A stretch of 63,458 bases of DNA, counting the filler, from Klebsormidium nitens (taxonomy: Eukaryota > Plantae > Klebsormidiophyceae), in assembly GCA_000708835.1 (NCBI GenBank). It is 8 parts of 8 records of this genome, joined end to end, with 100 filler letters (N's around TTAATTAATTAA, not from the genome) between each part and the next. Parts side by side here need not be neighbours in the genome. Positions count along the whole stretch, not along the records: positions 1 to 10,108 come from DF238170.1; positions 10,209 to 26,636 come from DF237987.1; 6 more parts are not named here. One strand, 5' to 3'. Positions 1-15,717 of the stretch are shown in pieces. A program made the position numbers and the translations under genes. Within the stretch, counting starts at the first letter, position 1, and each line of letters opens with the position of its first letter. Under the pieces are notes generated by a model. That model was not told where the DNA came from and did not search any database. It was given only the letters and a program-made list of their open reading frames with translations.

Positions 1-409
1 AGAATGTTGCCGGCATTCGTCCGGCATGCCCCGGCACGGTCGCCGTTGCCGAGCGGCGATGTGTCTTTATACCGTGCCGCGAGGTGCCGGCGGCACTGCC
101 CGGCACCTTACCGGCGACCCCCGCTTTATCCGATGTAAATATCGTCCCGTATCTGAAGATCCAAATCCACGTGCGACAAGATCACAATCGACGGTCTGCA
201 ATGATTCCATTGTAAGGATAATTATCCAGTACGGACGCTTGTCAACGAACATGCGGCGTACCGGAACGACACCCGGCCCCATTCGATAAAGTACCAGGCA
301 ATTTCTTGTACCCTTGTTATCGAGTATTTTTCAGTCAACACACCTTTCGACCGAACCTTCAACATTAGCGTCTTACCCCTTTCCACCATTCACAGTAGGG
401 CGCATCCAT

Positions 410-1804
410 ATGGAGGAGGTCACCCTGCCGGGAGGCCGGAGTGCCAGTTTTGAAGCGTGTACGGGCTACTTTGACCCCGATGTAAGCTGGCTGGAGGATG
501 CCGCCAAGGAGAGAGCAGACCTCAAAATCACAGCTCTGGTGAAAAAAAGGCGAGAGACCAGCAGGAGTAACAAGGGCGTGCCGCCCATGGAGAGGAAGAT
601 TCTCAGAGGCAAATACCTCTTGGCGCCGCAACTTTGGAATGAGTATGCAGGCATAGTCTGCATTCCAGAGGCAGCTGCAGCTGACATTTGTGCACGGGTC
701 CTGCCAATATACGCCAGGATTGTGACCGAGTGGGAGTGGTTACAGAGGAGAGAGGCGGAGAAGGAGTCCGAGGAGAATGCCTCGTATGAATTCGGTATAT
801 ACGTCTGGGGCGACAAGGGTGACCGCGCCTGCATCCCCAACGGCAAGGTGGATGTCTTGGAGGAAGATGCCAACATATTCGGGATTATGGTCAATCTGTT
901 CAAACCGGAGGTCAGGAAGCCCTTCTACAAGCACGCTGTGGATAGTGGTGAAGCTATCGAAAATAGAGAAGCGTTCCCCACCTGCCAACCCACTGGCTTA
1001 GAGGTGGAACGGGGATTCTATTCAGTCAGATTCCTCAGCCTGACCAGCCTGGTGGAAACCTACACGGGTCCTGGGGCGCGCGAGCTGCAGGGGTTGCTGC
1101 TGCGCTGCAAAATCCGAGCGCAGTATACGTGTATGTGCCAGGGCAGAGAGGCCCCCTCAGAATTAGGGTTCCAGCAACTCCCAAAGTCCGAGTGGCTCAG
1201 TAAGATCCAAGATGAACTGACGGAGGTCGCCGGCCGCGGGGGTGACTTTCCGGTGAAGTGGACGGATGCTGCTGGGATCCTGGGGCTGGATTTCTACTCC
1301 GATGCAAACATTGGAACGTGTAGGGAGCAGCTGCGGGACGCCGTGGCCGGTGCGAAGCAGGCTGGGCACCGAGTTGGCGCTCGCGGCGATGTGGAGATGT
1401 CCCTCGGCTGCCTCCAGGAGGTCTGCCAAGAGTGGAAGGGTTATCTCTTCACCAACAGAAAGGAGGACATCGCAGAGGGGTTCCGTCAGCTCAGTGGTAA
1501 CGAGCTCGGATTTTCCCATCTCCTACACGAGCTGGTCAAACTGGACGCGCGCCCTGGAGAATTCAAGATCGGATGTGAGGATGTCTGCAGGATGATGGGC
1601 AGTCGCCCAGGGCGATTCAAGGCCAATTTTGCCAGGAACGTGCATGCCAGGTTGGAGGATGGGTTGTTTCAACAGAAGGGTTCGGCTAGCCCAATAATGC
1701 TCAGCATGGCAGGCTTCAAATCGTACTGTGAGTTTTTTCACAAGACGAGAACAGCAGAGGTAGAAGGGGCTTTTCAGCACAAGAACAAGAGGCAGAAGGT
1801 GTAG
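410..1804 (+). CDS. Intronless hypothetical protein (~464 aa from ATG410), possibly with MSV199/KilA-like viral DNA-binding modules
   Basis: Long open frame without introns in an intron-rich genome. The C-terminal segment FKIGCEDVCRMMG...FKANF...IMLSMAGFKSYC loosely resembles the MSV199-like pattern seen at 53747. Confidence 0.45.
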   Translation: MEEVTLPGGRSASFEACTGYFDPDVSWLEDAAKERADLKITALVKKRRETSRSNKGVPPMERKILRGKYLLAPQLWNEYAGIVCIPEAAAADICARVLPIYARIVTEWEWLQRREAEKESEENASYEFGIYVWGDKGDRACIPNGKVDVLEEDANIFGIMVNLFKPEVRKPFYKHAVDSGEAIENREAFPTCQPTGLEVERGFYSVRFLSLTSLVETYTGPGARELQGLLLRCKIRAQYTCMCQGREAPSELGFQQLPKSEWLSKIQDELTEVAGRGGDFPVKWTDAAGILGLDFYSDANIGTCREQLRDAVAGAKQAGHRVGARGDVEMSLGCLQEVCQEWKGYLFTNRKEDIAEGFRQLSGNELGFSHLLHELVKLDARPGEFKIGCEDVCRMMGSRPGRFKANFARNVHARLEDGLFQQKGSASPIMLSMAGFKSYCEFFHKTRTAEVEGAFQHKNKRQKV

Positions 1805-2148
1805 AGACATTTTTACATGTAAATGCATCGTGAACGAGAATCAGTATATATTTTTCCACTGGCTTTGACATGGGCATTTGGCATTCTTTGCTGTGTGTGG
1901 GCTTCATCGAAATTAGTTACTAAGTAGGCTATATTGGAGGTTGTAGGTACACCCCCTGACTTAACCTAGCACAGGAGTACTAGTCCCGCGGCCCTAGTTG
2001 CCGCCTGGCTTCCCGATCGCCCCGCAGCCTGGTTGGTTCGGCCAAAGCCGGCTCAACACTTCTCCTATACAAATCGCCGACCGCGTATACCGTCTTTTGT
2101 AGCTAGGGCCGCGATCATTTCCGACTCACCGGCAACGGTCCGACCCCC

Positions 2149-2200
2149 ACAGTACAGGAGACAGTACAGGAGACAGTACAGGAGACAGTACAGGAGACAG
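2149..2200 (+). repeat. Tandem repeat (ACAGTACAGGAG)x4 plus a partial unit
   Basis: Four perfect 12-bp units read directly, abutting telomere-like repeats. Confidence 0.95.
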
Positions 2201-2229
2201 TAGGGTTTTAGGGTTTTTAGGGTTTAAGG
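2201..2229 (+). repeat. Interstitial telomere-like repeat (TTTTAGGG type, degenerate)
   Basis: TAGGGTTTTAGGGTTTTTAGGGTTTAAGG. Confidence 0.8.
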
Positions 2230-2480
2230 CTACGTGACCACAGTAAATGCTACGGTTTCGGGTCGGCGTGAATCTCCAACGATATGGACTCTGGACCTTT
2301 TACTGGCAGCGTGACGCAAATCTAACGAATTATTCACCTGTCCATGACCCGGCCCAACGGACATGAATTAGATTCTTCCTGGTAGTCTTTCACGTCAAGA
2401 TGAGAAAGGGCAGGAGACGGGTACCAATTCTGAAGAGAGGTTTTGACAGTGAAAGAGACTCTTCCAAAACATCCCGCAAC

Positions 2481-5400
2481 CAGACGCGCCAATCAAGTCT
2501 TTAAAGAAAGAGCTTGTTTGAGAAAGGGCGTTCTCACCCCTGGCTTTCAGCGACTTGAGGACGGGGCCCAGTTGCTGGTTGATGGCAAAGTGCATGGCGA
2601 CGGCGCCGAGCAGGCCGGACCCGCACGCCTTGGCGGTGGCAGTCGCGAGATTGCTGCCGTCCATAAGGGACAGGAAGGAGAGACCGGAGACACCGGTGAA
2701 TACCGCAATGGGCGCCGCTCGGCAGGCAGCCAGGCCAGGGCTGTCTGCCCGGTACACGAACTGCGGGGAGAGCGACGGGCCGACTCAGACACCATGGCGA
2801 GGTTTGGAGGCACTGGTTTGGTCGTTGGGAAACGACGGGATGGCTTGCTCTCAGTAGGAGAAGGATTGAGATTCGGGAGTTCGTCGCACAAAATCCGACA
2901 TGCGAACGATTGTGTTGCAGGGGTTGCTGCGGTTTCAAGAAATAAGACACCTGCATTGTTGTCTAGCCAGAAAGAAATGGTTGTCCGACTTGCCGGATGC
3001 ACGGTTGCCACACATTGTCAACGGTACGACCCTCTTTCCAGCTCGAATGAACAGTTCTCTTATTGTGTCAAACTATCAAGCTCATAAGGACCATTTTATG
3101 TCCACTCTTTACGCTCGCCGTAACCCGATGACCCTGGGATTCGAGTGAATCACAGTGACCTGGAACCTCAAGCCCCGACAAATTCGGTTTCTTCGAATCA
3201 CTTGCATGGACAAGAAAAGATACCTAAGCAATCAAGAGTCTATCACGCTCTTCTCTGTTGCTCCGCCCTGAAGGCACAGATGACAGCTCACCGTTCGTAT
3301 GCACTTTTGACTGCTCACCGTGCGTATGCACTTGTAGACGATGAACGACACGACGGCGCCGAGGAGCGGGGAGACGAGCCACGAACCGACCACCCGGCCG
3401 AAGGACCCCCAGTAGACCGCGCCAAAGCCGCCGTACACTAGGCCGAAACCGACCAGGGCACCGATGATGGAGTGGGTCGTGGAGACGGGCCAGCCGTAGT
3501 AGGACGCTACCTGGACCAATTATGAGAAAGAGAATGCCGTATTGAATACTCTGTTGCACGGGAATGGAGGCGGCTCTCCATTTGTTAGGTGGCAAGGAGT
3601 AGCGGGGGTGTTGAGAAAAAGGAAATGGAGCTGATGGTAGGAGTGGGAAAATCGACGCAAGATTCCACCTGAGTTACTCGGAAGACAGCGTTCACTTCAC
3701 CTGTCGTCCGTTCCTGCATCCGTGTTCTGTGTGTTGAAGACTGTCCTTCTGTTTTGTTCGTCAAGATTCCTAACGGGCAATTGAACAGGTGCAATTCGTT
3801 CCCCCTAGGAAAGAGTATTGAAGAAGAATATTAATGTATACTTGAAGGCCGTATCGCCCGGCGTTTACAGGTGCAGTTTATGCTTACAGATTCAGAGCAA
3901 AGAGAATAGGGTAAGGGGTGAAGAAGAACTTATCACGAACATATTTGAAATTTCCTTGCAGCAGAAGATTGCGCTTACAACATCATGCAAGTTTTTAGAA
4001 GGACCATCTCTTCTAATGATTCAGACAGTCAAAGCTTTCAGCCACTCAAGCAACCTGGAAGGAGCCACTTGCCTGCAGCCACGTCCCAGATGACGCAAGG
4101 GACGCAAGCATGCCACAGAAAAGGAGAGACGGGTTGTGCTGAAAGGCTGCAGAGTCCACAATGCCCTTCTGCATGGTGTGGGTGACATGAGATCCAACCT
4201 GCAGCACAAGGGATTGCCACCAATGAAGAGACTTGATAGAGAGGACGAGTAAAATCTTGAAAATTAGTAACAAACCCTGCTTGCTACGAAGGCAAAAGGA
4301 TGTACAATCTAAGGACACCACGCTCATCAGCTGGAGACGTGGGACTCCTATACCTGGCGGTGGTCGCCAGAGCACGGGTGCCAAACCGCACAGCGGCCCC
4401 TGGGAGGCGGCGACAACCTCGACTTACGAGGCATTATAACACCCTTTTACCCCGCACGCGGCATGACCCGAAGTGCGTTGCGAGGGATCGAACCCAGGTC
4501 ACCTCGCAGGCATTGACGTCATCATTTCATCACCCAGTGAAGGGGAATGCTTGCTACGAAGGCAACATCAGTTTCAATGACATATACATGGTCCTTCGAG
4601 CATTCTGTCCAAGTGCGCACTCGAAGGGGAGTTGACAGGGACTGAAAACTTGCAATTATGGTACCTTTTCACAAAAACTGGGGCTCTGAAACTGAGTCCA
4701 GCACTGACTCCAAACCTCTGTCTACTTGGCAATATTGAAGGGATTGTGCCCTTTGGTGATACTAAACTTGGGGTCCTGAGATATCTGGCGAATCCAAATC
4801 TCTTTGTACGGTTGTCAGGCTTCTTCAGGCAGATACAGAAGAACAGCGCTTTACCTACCAGGGAGGCCCCTGCGAACTCTAGAACGGCCGCTACGATGAT
4901 GGCCTGCTTGAGCGTCAGCGCACCTGAACCTACTGAGGTTCCCATTGCGTTTGCAACATCATTTGCGCCTGCGGGCAGGACAATACCGGTATGCTTCGTC
5001 AAGTTGCGTATTAAAGAAGGTGCCAGGATAGGATTTGATGAGGTATGTTCTGGGCGTTAGTTCTATACTCAGATACAGGGGGAGCCGCATCAATGCGAGC
5101 GAGCAGAATCTGCCAGGTTGACATTTGTTTCCCAGCCCTCTAAAGGACCACAACGAAGCAATCCTTGTCTATCATTTTGTTTCTCCAAGCTCCTTGGCTC
5201 AGATTTTCATCTCTCCAGTGGTAGCCCTACTTGAAGTAGAAATACATGTACAAGAAGTCCAGAACGTCTTGTGCAAAACACAGCGCCCCTAATACATACA
5301 CTCGCTAAAGGTGAAACACAGTGCAAAGAACGGGCAACTCCTGTCTGCAAGACTTACCAATATTCCAGGCCATGTAAAACCCAAATAGCATGGTGACATA

Positions 5401-6340
5401 TGCGAGGACCTTTGATCTCAGTGTCCCCCCCGCCAGCCCCAAAAACTGGCCAATCGCTGGATTTCTGAGCCCCACAGCAGGGACAGCAATTGCGGTTGCA
5501 GCAATTGAAAGAACAATGGTATTGACGGTGGCATTGGAGACGCCAAATGCCTCCGCCATCGAGAGCATCTTCTCCTCTACAGCCTTTGCAGGGTCAGACT
5601 CATCGTCCGAATGCACGTTGTCTGCAGATTGGAGCACAGTTCATTGGGAAAGGCTGGAGAACAAATGCCACCTGCTTGATGCGTGTTTTTGCAGGGACTC
5701 GGTGCAACGCTGCCCTTGCAATCGACAGGGGATCAGAAGAAAAGATACTTCAACCAAATTTTCTCAACCTGGGTTCAGAAAAGCTCTAACATATGCAGCC
5801 AGGGAGGAATGTTTGGATGAATGTGACCACTCCGAAGAGATCACTCCTCGGCTATTCAGATTGCAAGGGGCAGCAGAACTAGAAGCTCAATTTTAAAAAG
5901 GTAAAGCACTCCGATGCTGTATCAGCAAATTCCAGGGTGGTACATCTGCAAACTTTGGAATGCCTTTGCTGTAAAAGTTTGCAGGATTGCACTCTGATAA
6001 AAGCACATGGGTGCGTCAACATACCTGTTCCGGATGCGCTAAGCTTTGTAGCCTCCTCGACGAGGTCTTCAAAATGTTGCAGTTCATCATGATCAGGTGA
6101 GGCTCCTCCCCCTGCTGCAGCCCTGCACGGTCTCAAGTTTCTTCTCCCACAAACACTCTGAAGTTCAACAGTTTGCCGCTGCGGCCTCAATGCTGCTTTC
6201 AGACTGCTTCTTCCAGCATACAACTTGCCAAAAGCTGCGTTTTTCGTGCTTGATACTGCTCGACTAGTGCTGCCTTTTGGCACATTGCTGCACGTGCAAG
6301 GGCTCAAGCGTTTAACGCTCAGCTCTGCAACTGCCGCCAT
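2481..6340 (-). CDS. PHT2: Plastid inorganic phosphate transporter, PiT/PHO4 family (multi-exon; C-terminal part not found in window)
   Basis: Exons encode a transit-like N-terminus (ATG 6340), [10 protein letters not shown]|[22 protein letters not shown] (PiT signature), [31 protein letters not shown] and [21 protein letters not shown]. The 3' coordinate is approximate. Confidence 0.9.
4296..4547 (-). mobile_element. Candidate tRNA-derived SINE in a PHT2 intron, flanked by an 18-bp target-site duplication
   Basis: TGCTTGCTACGAAGGCAA at 4278-4295 and 4548-4565 flanks a 252-bp insert. The minus strand carries a B-box-like GGGTTCGATCCC near its 5' end. Confidence 0.65.
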
Positions 6341-6899
6341 CAGAGCGATTTCCGCTATGTGAGCTAAACTACAGGATCCTCTTCGTCCATCAAATTGCTG
6401 GAAGTGGGGTTACAAGTCAGAGCTGCTGCAAAACACAGCAAACCAGCAATTTTTCAGGCACCTGCGCGCTAATCATTCTATGATTGCAAAAGGCTGCAGG
6501 GTTCTGTGAGCAACGCTCCGTTGAAAAATCATTTCACACCTCTTCAATGTCTTGCTGTGGCCCTCCAAATGCGGTGCTGTTGCCAACTCTATGCCTCCCT
6601 TCAAGTTCAATGTTAAGAAACTGATCTACGTTCGCCCCTGTGCAGCAATGCTGGCACCATGGCACACGAAGGAATCAGGAATCCCCTGCCGGGACGATTG
6701 GAGTGTTTCGAAGCCGTCGATGCTCGATCGAAGTAAAAACAACAATGGACGGTTTCAAAGCCCTGTACCAATAAGTATGAGCTACCTAGTATGCTTAGAG
6801 AATTTCAGACCGTTCGATTGAACTGCATTGAAATGGAGCCTGAAGCAACTAGCATGGTGCATGCGACTCGGAGCCATCGATCTGAAGGACGACCAGCAA

Positions 6900-6966
6900 A
6901 CCAAATGAAGTTCACCACAAAAACCAGCCGCGCGATGGCCGCCACGTGTCCCCCCCCGGCCCGGAA
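6900..6966 (+). repeat. Dispersed ~66-bp repeat, copy 1
   Basis: ACCAAATGAAGTTCACCACAAAA..CAGCCGCGCGATGGCCGCCACGTGT.CCCCCCGGC is nearly identical to 10015-10080. Confidence 0.85.
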
Positions 6967-7601
6967 CAGCCCTTGCAGCAAGGCAATTGAAGTTCAGCAT
7001 TAAAATTGAGCCACTCAGAGAGCGCCATGTCAGCCCCCCAGCCCAACAATGTTTGCAGGTCACTAGTTGAGGGTCCAACCTGGTCGAAAGCTCTCCAGTA
7101 GCCGGTAGGTACCAATGCGTGGGTTGACTTGGATCCCCCGAGCACTCAATCAGGAACAAAAGCTGACATGTTGCTCTTTGTTCCTAAGTGAGTGATGTAT
7201 ATACATATTCATCAAAAGTCTCGAAAGGAAGAACATTGTATTATCATTTGTTATGTTTTCCCTCTGTCGGATATAACATAATACGATTGTTGATGGTATG
7301 GCCTTACTCATGCATTCATGGCATACAAGCTGCGAGTTTGTGCGGCACGACCTTTTGAAGAGCGTCAACCTTTCATGCGGGAGGCCCGCGGAGGAGTCAG
7401 CAACTTCACATAAGCATCAGCGCCACATCAATGATTGTTGTCGAGGTCTTGGCTAGCTCGATTGACTCGGCCACTCAGGTCACTAGTCACGATTCGTAAG
7501 GTTGTATTGCATTACATAGTGCACAATAAGCTGCAGTCAAGACTACTGACAAGTCTTTTCCAGTCATGCCATTATTCTGTGTACCCTCTGTGTGCCTATC
7601 C

Positions 7602-9470
7602 CTAGGCTAGATGAACAAAATTCTCCTTGTCTATGCCTGCTTGCAACAAGACGTCTCTAACGGGCTCGGCGCGGACATCAGCGTACAATCTTTTCCCGTG
7701 AATCTGGTATAGGGCCACTGCTGTCTCAAAGTCTACTGCATGCTCAAAGGAGAACCGAAGCGGTCTTTTCATGGCCGACTCCAAGACCACATCAACACCT
7801 TCGGAAGCAGGTGGAAAAAAGGAAAGAGGTGCGAGCGCCGTCCCTTCTGCCAGGGGGTTGCTTAGAGCCTCTACTTTCTTCAAAAGTGTGTAAAGATCGG
7901 CGACCGAATTCTCCTCATACAACGTTGCTTTCCAGGCCTGAACTGCTTCCGCCAGTGAAATTTGGGAGCAAACCACCAACTCAAAAGGTGATAGCAGAAG
8001 GTGGGAGTCAGGGTTCTTCTTCACTAATAGGGCCTGCAGAGCAGACGAGAAAATGATTCAAAATGGCACATCTTCATGTGCAAACCGGCTACCATGACTC
8101 ACTTAGCGGTGCAGGAGCAGACTTTGTTTCCACTCTGAGAGCTGTGATCCACTCAGCAATTCAGCAGCCTGATCTGTGTTCCCGGCGCCTTCCTCTGTGG
8201 ATGCTAAGCAGTCTCAGGGTCCACTTGTTACGGTAAATAGTTATGGGTATACCAGTCGAGTTCCATAATGGAAGCTAACAAGACGGGATTGGTGTACCAC
8301 TCACCTGCACTGCTAGTGAATCCAGGAAGAGAACCTTCAGACCAGGTGGTTCGACGCGTCGTCTTGCAAAAGCTCGTCTGATGGCTCTGCAGCTTTTGTC
8401 GGCGTCCGCATAGGCAGCCTTCCAGTCAATCTCTCCTTGTACGTCTGCAAGAAGGAGCCATGGTCTTGAAGAGCCTGCTGGTGCTCCCAAGCAGATTGCT
8501 TACAATCGAGGAGTATTGAGTCTCATTGTTTGAGAAGAAAAATGGAGCTGAAAGTAATGCCCCAATTGGCCTACACATGGAGGAGCCTGTCATACGATGA
8601 TTATCAACCTTTTGCAAGAATGTTCGGTCAATGCCAACTGATATGGAGAATCAGCATCATGACAACAGAGCAATGGGTCCACACACCGAGCAGATCCTGT
8701 CCACTTCCTTCTTCGTCTCGGCGTCCACCTCTGCCGCTCTCATCTGGGCCCGGCGCATACACTCCTCTAGATGGAGTGTTTTGATGCGATAGATCTTCTG
8801 CGATGAGTCCTTGCTCTGCACAATAAGGGCGGGGCATGCTAGGGCTTTCAATTGGCATCTTGACGACTCTGACTCTCTGTGAACTGGCGAGTCCAATCAG
8901 TGGCAGAAGAACCTGCGGTCAATGTTAAGATTGGCAGACTCTCTCCAGAGCGAGCTATGTTTGAAGATAGGGAGTCAGCAAGGTATGGAGGTGGTGGACA
9001 AAATTCTTACCGTTTGCAGTGCAAGCTCGACCCTGTTTTGATTCAGAGCTGCTTCTGTTCGTCTCCTGGAGATAGACTGCACAGCAAAACCAAGCAAATC
9101 TGGTCAGGCTTTTAGCGTCAACTCTGTTTTGCAAAACGGACAAAGCAATAATCCAGGGACAGGAAAGGAATCATGAGTGCAAAGTGGAGGCAGAATAAAG
9201 TGGCACTGCAACGCAGCTACATTGATCGACTGCCTGCATATTAGATATTGTGATACTCAAAGGCGAATCATAGCGTGATGGCTACTGGAAAGCTTTCTTC
9301 CGCATATCTTTCTTACTTTGGCGGAACCTGGTTTCTGTCAGAAGACTCAGTTGTGCTCTGCCAAAATCTGGCATCTTTGAGAGATGACCGAAGCTCAAGT
9401 TTCGATTGGCCTGTTCAGACCAACAGCAACGTTCAACAATCAGAACATTCCAGTCAGCCTGCAAGGACAA
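7602..9470 (-). CDS. Probable multi-exon hypothetical gene, product unrecognised
   Basis: Several minus-strand ORF segments with plausible GT-AG boundaries (7602-8024, 8275-8490, 8628-8858). No family motif recognised. Confidence 0.3.
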
Positions 9471-10014
9471 GCATCAGGAAAGCAAGCTGCAATGATAAAA
9501 AAATTCTTTTATTAGACTGAGGCTCCAAATTGACAAGTATAATAGCAAGCTGACTGAGAAGCCAGCAGGCAAGTACAGGTAATGACAGTACACCATACCT
9601 TTGAAGCAGGCGTTGGAACGTGGAAGCCAGTCAGACCAAAGTCACGACACTGGAGCACATGTGAATTCGCCATTGATCATCTCTATCATACAAGGGATCT
9701 GGTCTGAGTCTTGCAGGTCCCAGCGCGCTTGCAGCGTGCTTCGGACAGCGCCACTTTTAGAGCAGAAACTTGGGTGTCTAAGGCCGTCCGAAATTTATTT
9801 TTCGGGTTTCCTGTCCCCCTTTTTTTGAGGATTTAAAAAGAAAAAAACCCATATAATATTCCCAGAATCTTGCTAGGAGACATGCTGGTGGTCAACAAAG
9901 TGGCCGAGAAAAACTCTCAAAACTTCAGCTAATATTCTCGAAGTTAGGCCCCGGAGACACCCCACTTGGCCAGACAGTGGCTGCGGAAAAGCCTCCAGAT
10001 TTGAACCCCTGCTG

Positions 10015-10080
10015 ACCAAATGAAGTTCACCACAAAAGTCAGCCGCGCGATGGCCGCCACGTGTACCCCCCGGCGCGGAA
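10015..10080 (+). repeat. Dispersed ~66-bp repeat, copy 2
   Basis: Same orientation as and near-identical to 6900-6966; lies at the contig end. Confidence 0.85.
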
Positions 10081-10108
10081 ATCCGTCGCATCTTGAACTC
10101 CGGCGCTT

Positions 10109-10208
10109 NNNNNNNNNNNNNNNNNNNNNNNNNNNNNNNNNNNNNNNNNNNNTTAATTAATTAANNNNNNNNNNNNNNNNNNNNNNNNNNNNNNNNNNNN
10201 NNNNNNNN
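10109..10208. other. Artificial contig linker (N run with TTAATTAATTAA)
   Basis: Six-frame stop linker at 10153-10164 within Ns. Confidence 0.97.
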
Positions 10209-10266
10209 GCCACGTCAGCATTTTAACTTTGCCCGATTATAAATCGTGGGTGGTGGTTTAAACAGA

Positions 10267-10295
10267 AAAGCATCGCACCCTGGGTGCGATGCTTT
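10267..10295. repeat. Perfect 14-bp inverted repeat (hairpin)
   Basis: AAAGCATCGCACCC-T-GGGTGCGATGCTTT. Confidence 0.9.
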
Positions 10296-11323
10296 CCCAG
10301 GAGAACGACGTGGGACAAAATACCTTGGTAAGGTGACGGTACCTAGGTATTACGTCGGTGAATTACTACTGTACTCGAGAGTCCGCAGGATATATTCGAC
10401 ATATTAAGGGACGTATATGTTGGTATTTACCTAACACACCGTACCGTCAGCGACTTCGATGCCATTTGCCAGCTGTCTTACGTATACAATTCCCCTTGAC
10501 TTGATCGATCCTGCTAGCTTATAGGAAGTCTTATTGTCATTTTCGGCAGGATATGCACTACATAATTATAAGCTCATATTCGAAGGCCGTTAATTGAACA
10601 TCGTTGCACCGTGTGAAGTCCGCACGATTATGGTCGTGTGCCAGGTGCCTATGGTGCCAGCTTCACAGATACTTAATTGTTTAGAGGCCCCAGGGACAAA
10701 CTGTTGTTGCTGACGTCATACAGGCGACCAAGAACCAACATCTGCCCGGGGATTTCCTCAAAAAGCAGGGATGACGTCAGTTTTGAGCGTTTGATCGTCA
10801 TTTTTGAGTCGGTAACGCTCAAAACCAGTCGTTAACGCTCAAAATCGGGTCCTTTACGCTCATACGCTCACGAGCAAAAGCTCATGTCGAGAAATGGCTC
10901 GAGCTTGGACGGCCCCGATCATTGCACTTGTCTTGCAGTCAAACTTGGCTGGCTGAACCTTGTCAAGCAGTTTAAGTGTCCATGGCAACCGTTCGATATG
11001 CGTTCTAGGCCATCGACGGCTCTGCTATGCCACTTTCTCGGCAAGATGGCAGACTGACACTGACGCTAGTACGACGAAGTAGACTCCTTTTGTTAGTGTC
11101 TCAGGCTCCAAAAAAGTGTGAAAACATCTTACACGCGCGATCATAGGTTCACAGGATATCCGCGTGGACCGTACTGGGAGATCAGGTCCTTTGAACAAAA
11201 CTGTGTCAGAATGTCAGGTTTTACCGTACACTTTCCGGTACGGACTCTGGTACGGATGGAACTGGGTCGGGATGAATGGCTTACAACACTAAAGGACTCT
11301 GCCCGGTTGTCACTGTCCGTGAG

Positions 11324-11412
11324 TAACCCTAATGTCACTGGGAAATGGCGTAACCCTAACAAAGCGCTCGTCGACTGGCGTGAACAGTCACAGGTTTGCA
11401 ACGTAACCCTAA
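11324..11412 (+). promoter_or_regulatory. Three telo-box-like motifs (TAACCCTAA) upstream of ATP synthase beta
   Basis: Copies at 11324, 11351 and 11404. Telo-boxes are known promoter elements of plant housekeeping genes. Confidence 0.5.
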
Positions 11413-11432
11413 TGTCACAGTAAGTGTCCCGG

Positions 11433-11471
11433 GTCAATGTCGATGTCGATGTCAATGTCGATGTCGATGTC
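11433..11471 (+). repeat. Hexamer microsatellite (GTCGAT/GTCAAT)n
   Basis: About 6 units read directly. Confidence 0.9.
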
Positions 11472-11866
11472 ACTCTCGTTGTCAACGTCGTAACCACTAC
11501 CGTAACCACCGACAGATTGCAATAATTGTCACACTTCAGGTGCTTCGAGGTGGGTTGAGAGCAATTCACACCAATCAGAGTGGCGGAGACACTAACAAAA
11601 GGAGTCTACTTTGATGGTTTTGCGACAGAGACACTATGAAGCAGCAAAACTCAGAGCTCAGAGTTCAGACTTCAGAGTCAGTGTTCCGGTCAGAGTCAGA
11701 TTCAGGTCTGCAGACTCGGGAGTGGCGTCCTGCATCGGCTTCGTGGAGCGTGGCGGGGCGCAGCTGACGGTGTGCAGTGCCAGAAGCATCAAGGGGGCTG
11801 TGGCAGGGCATGGCTGCCGTCTCTTTGTAGATAAAGAACGTCTGCATCGCCTCATTGGCCTTCTGA

Positions 11867-15717
<3,851 letters not shown>

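Noticed and set aside
4470-4530. tRNA gene
   Set aside because: Only a B-box-like motif is present; I could not form a cloverleaf, and the TSD context favours a SINE.
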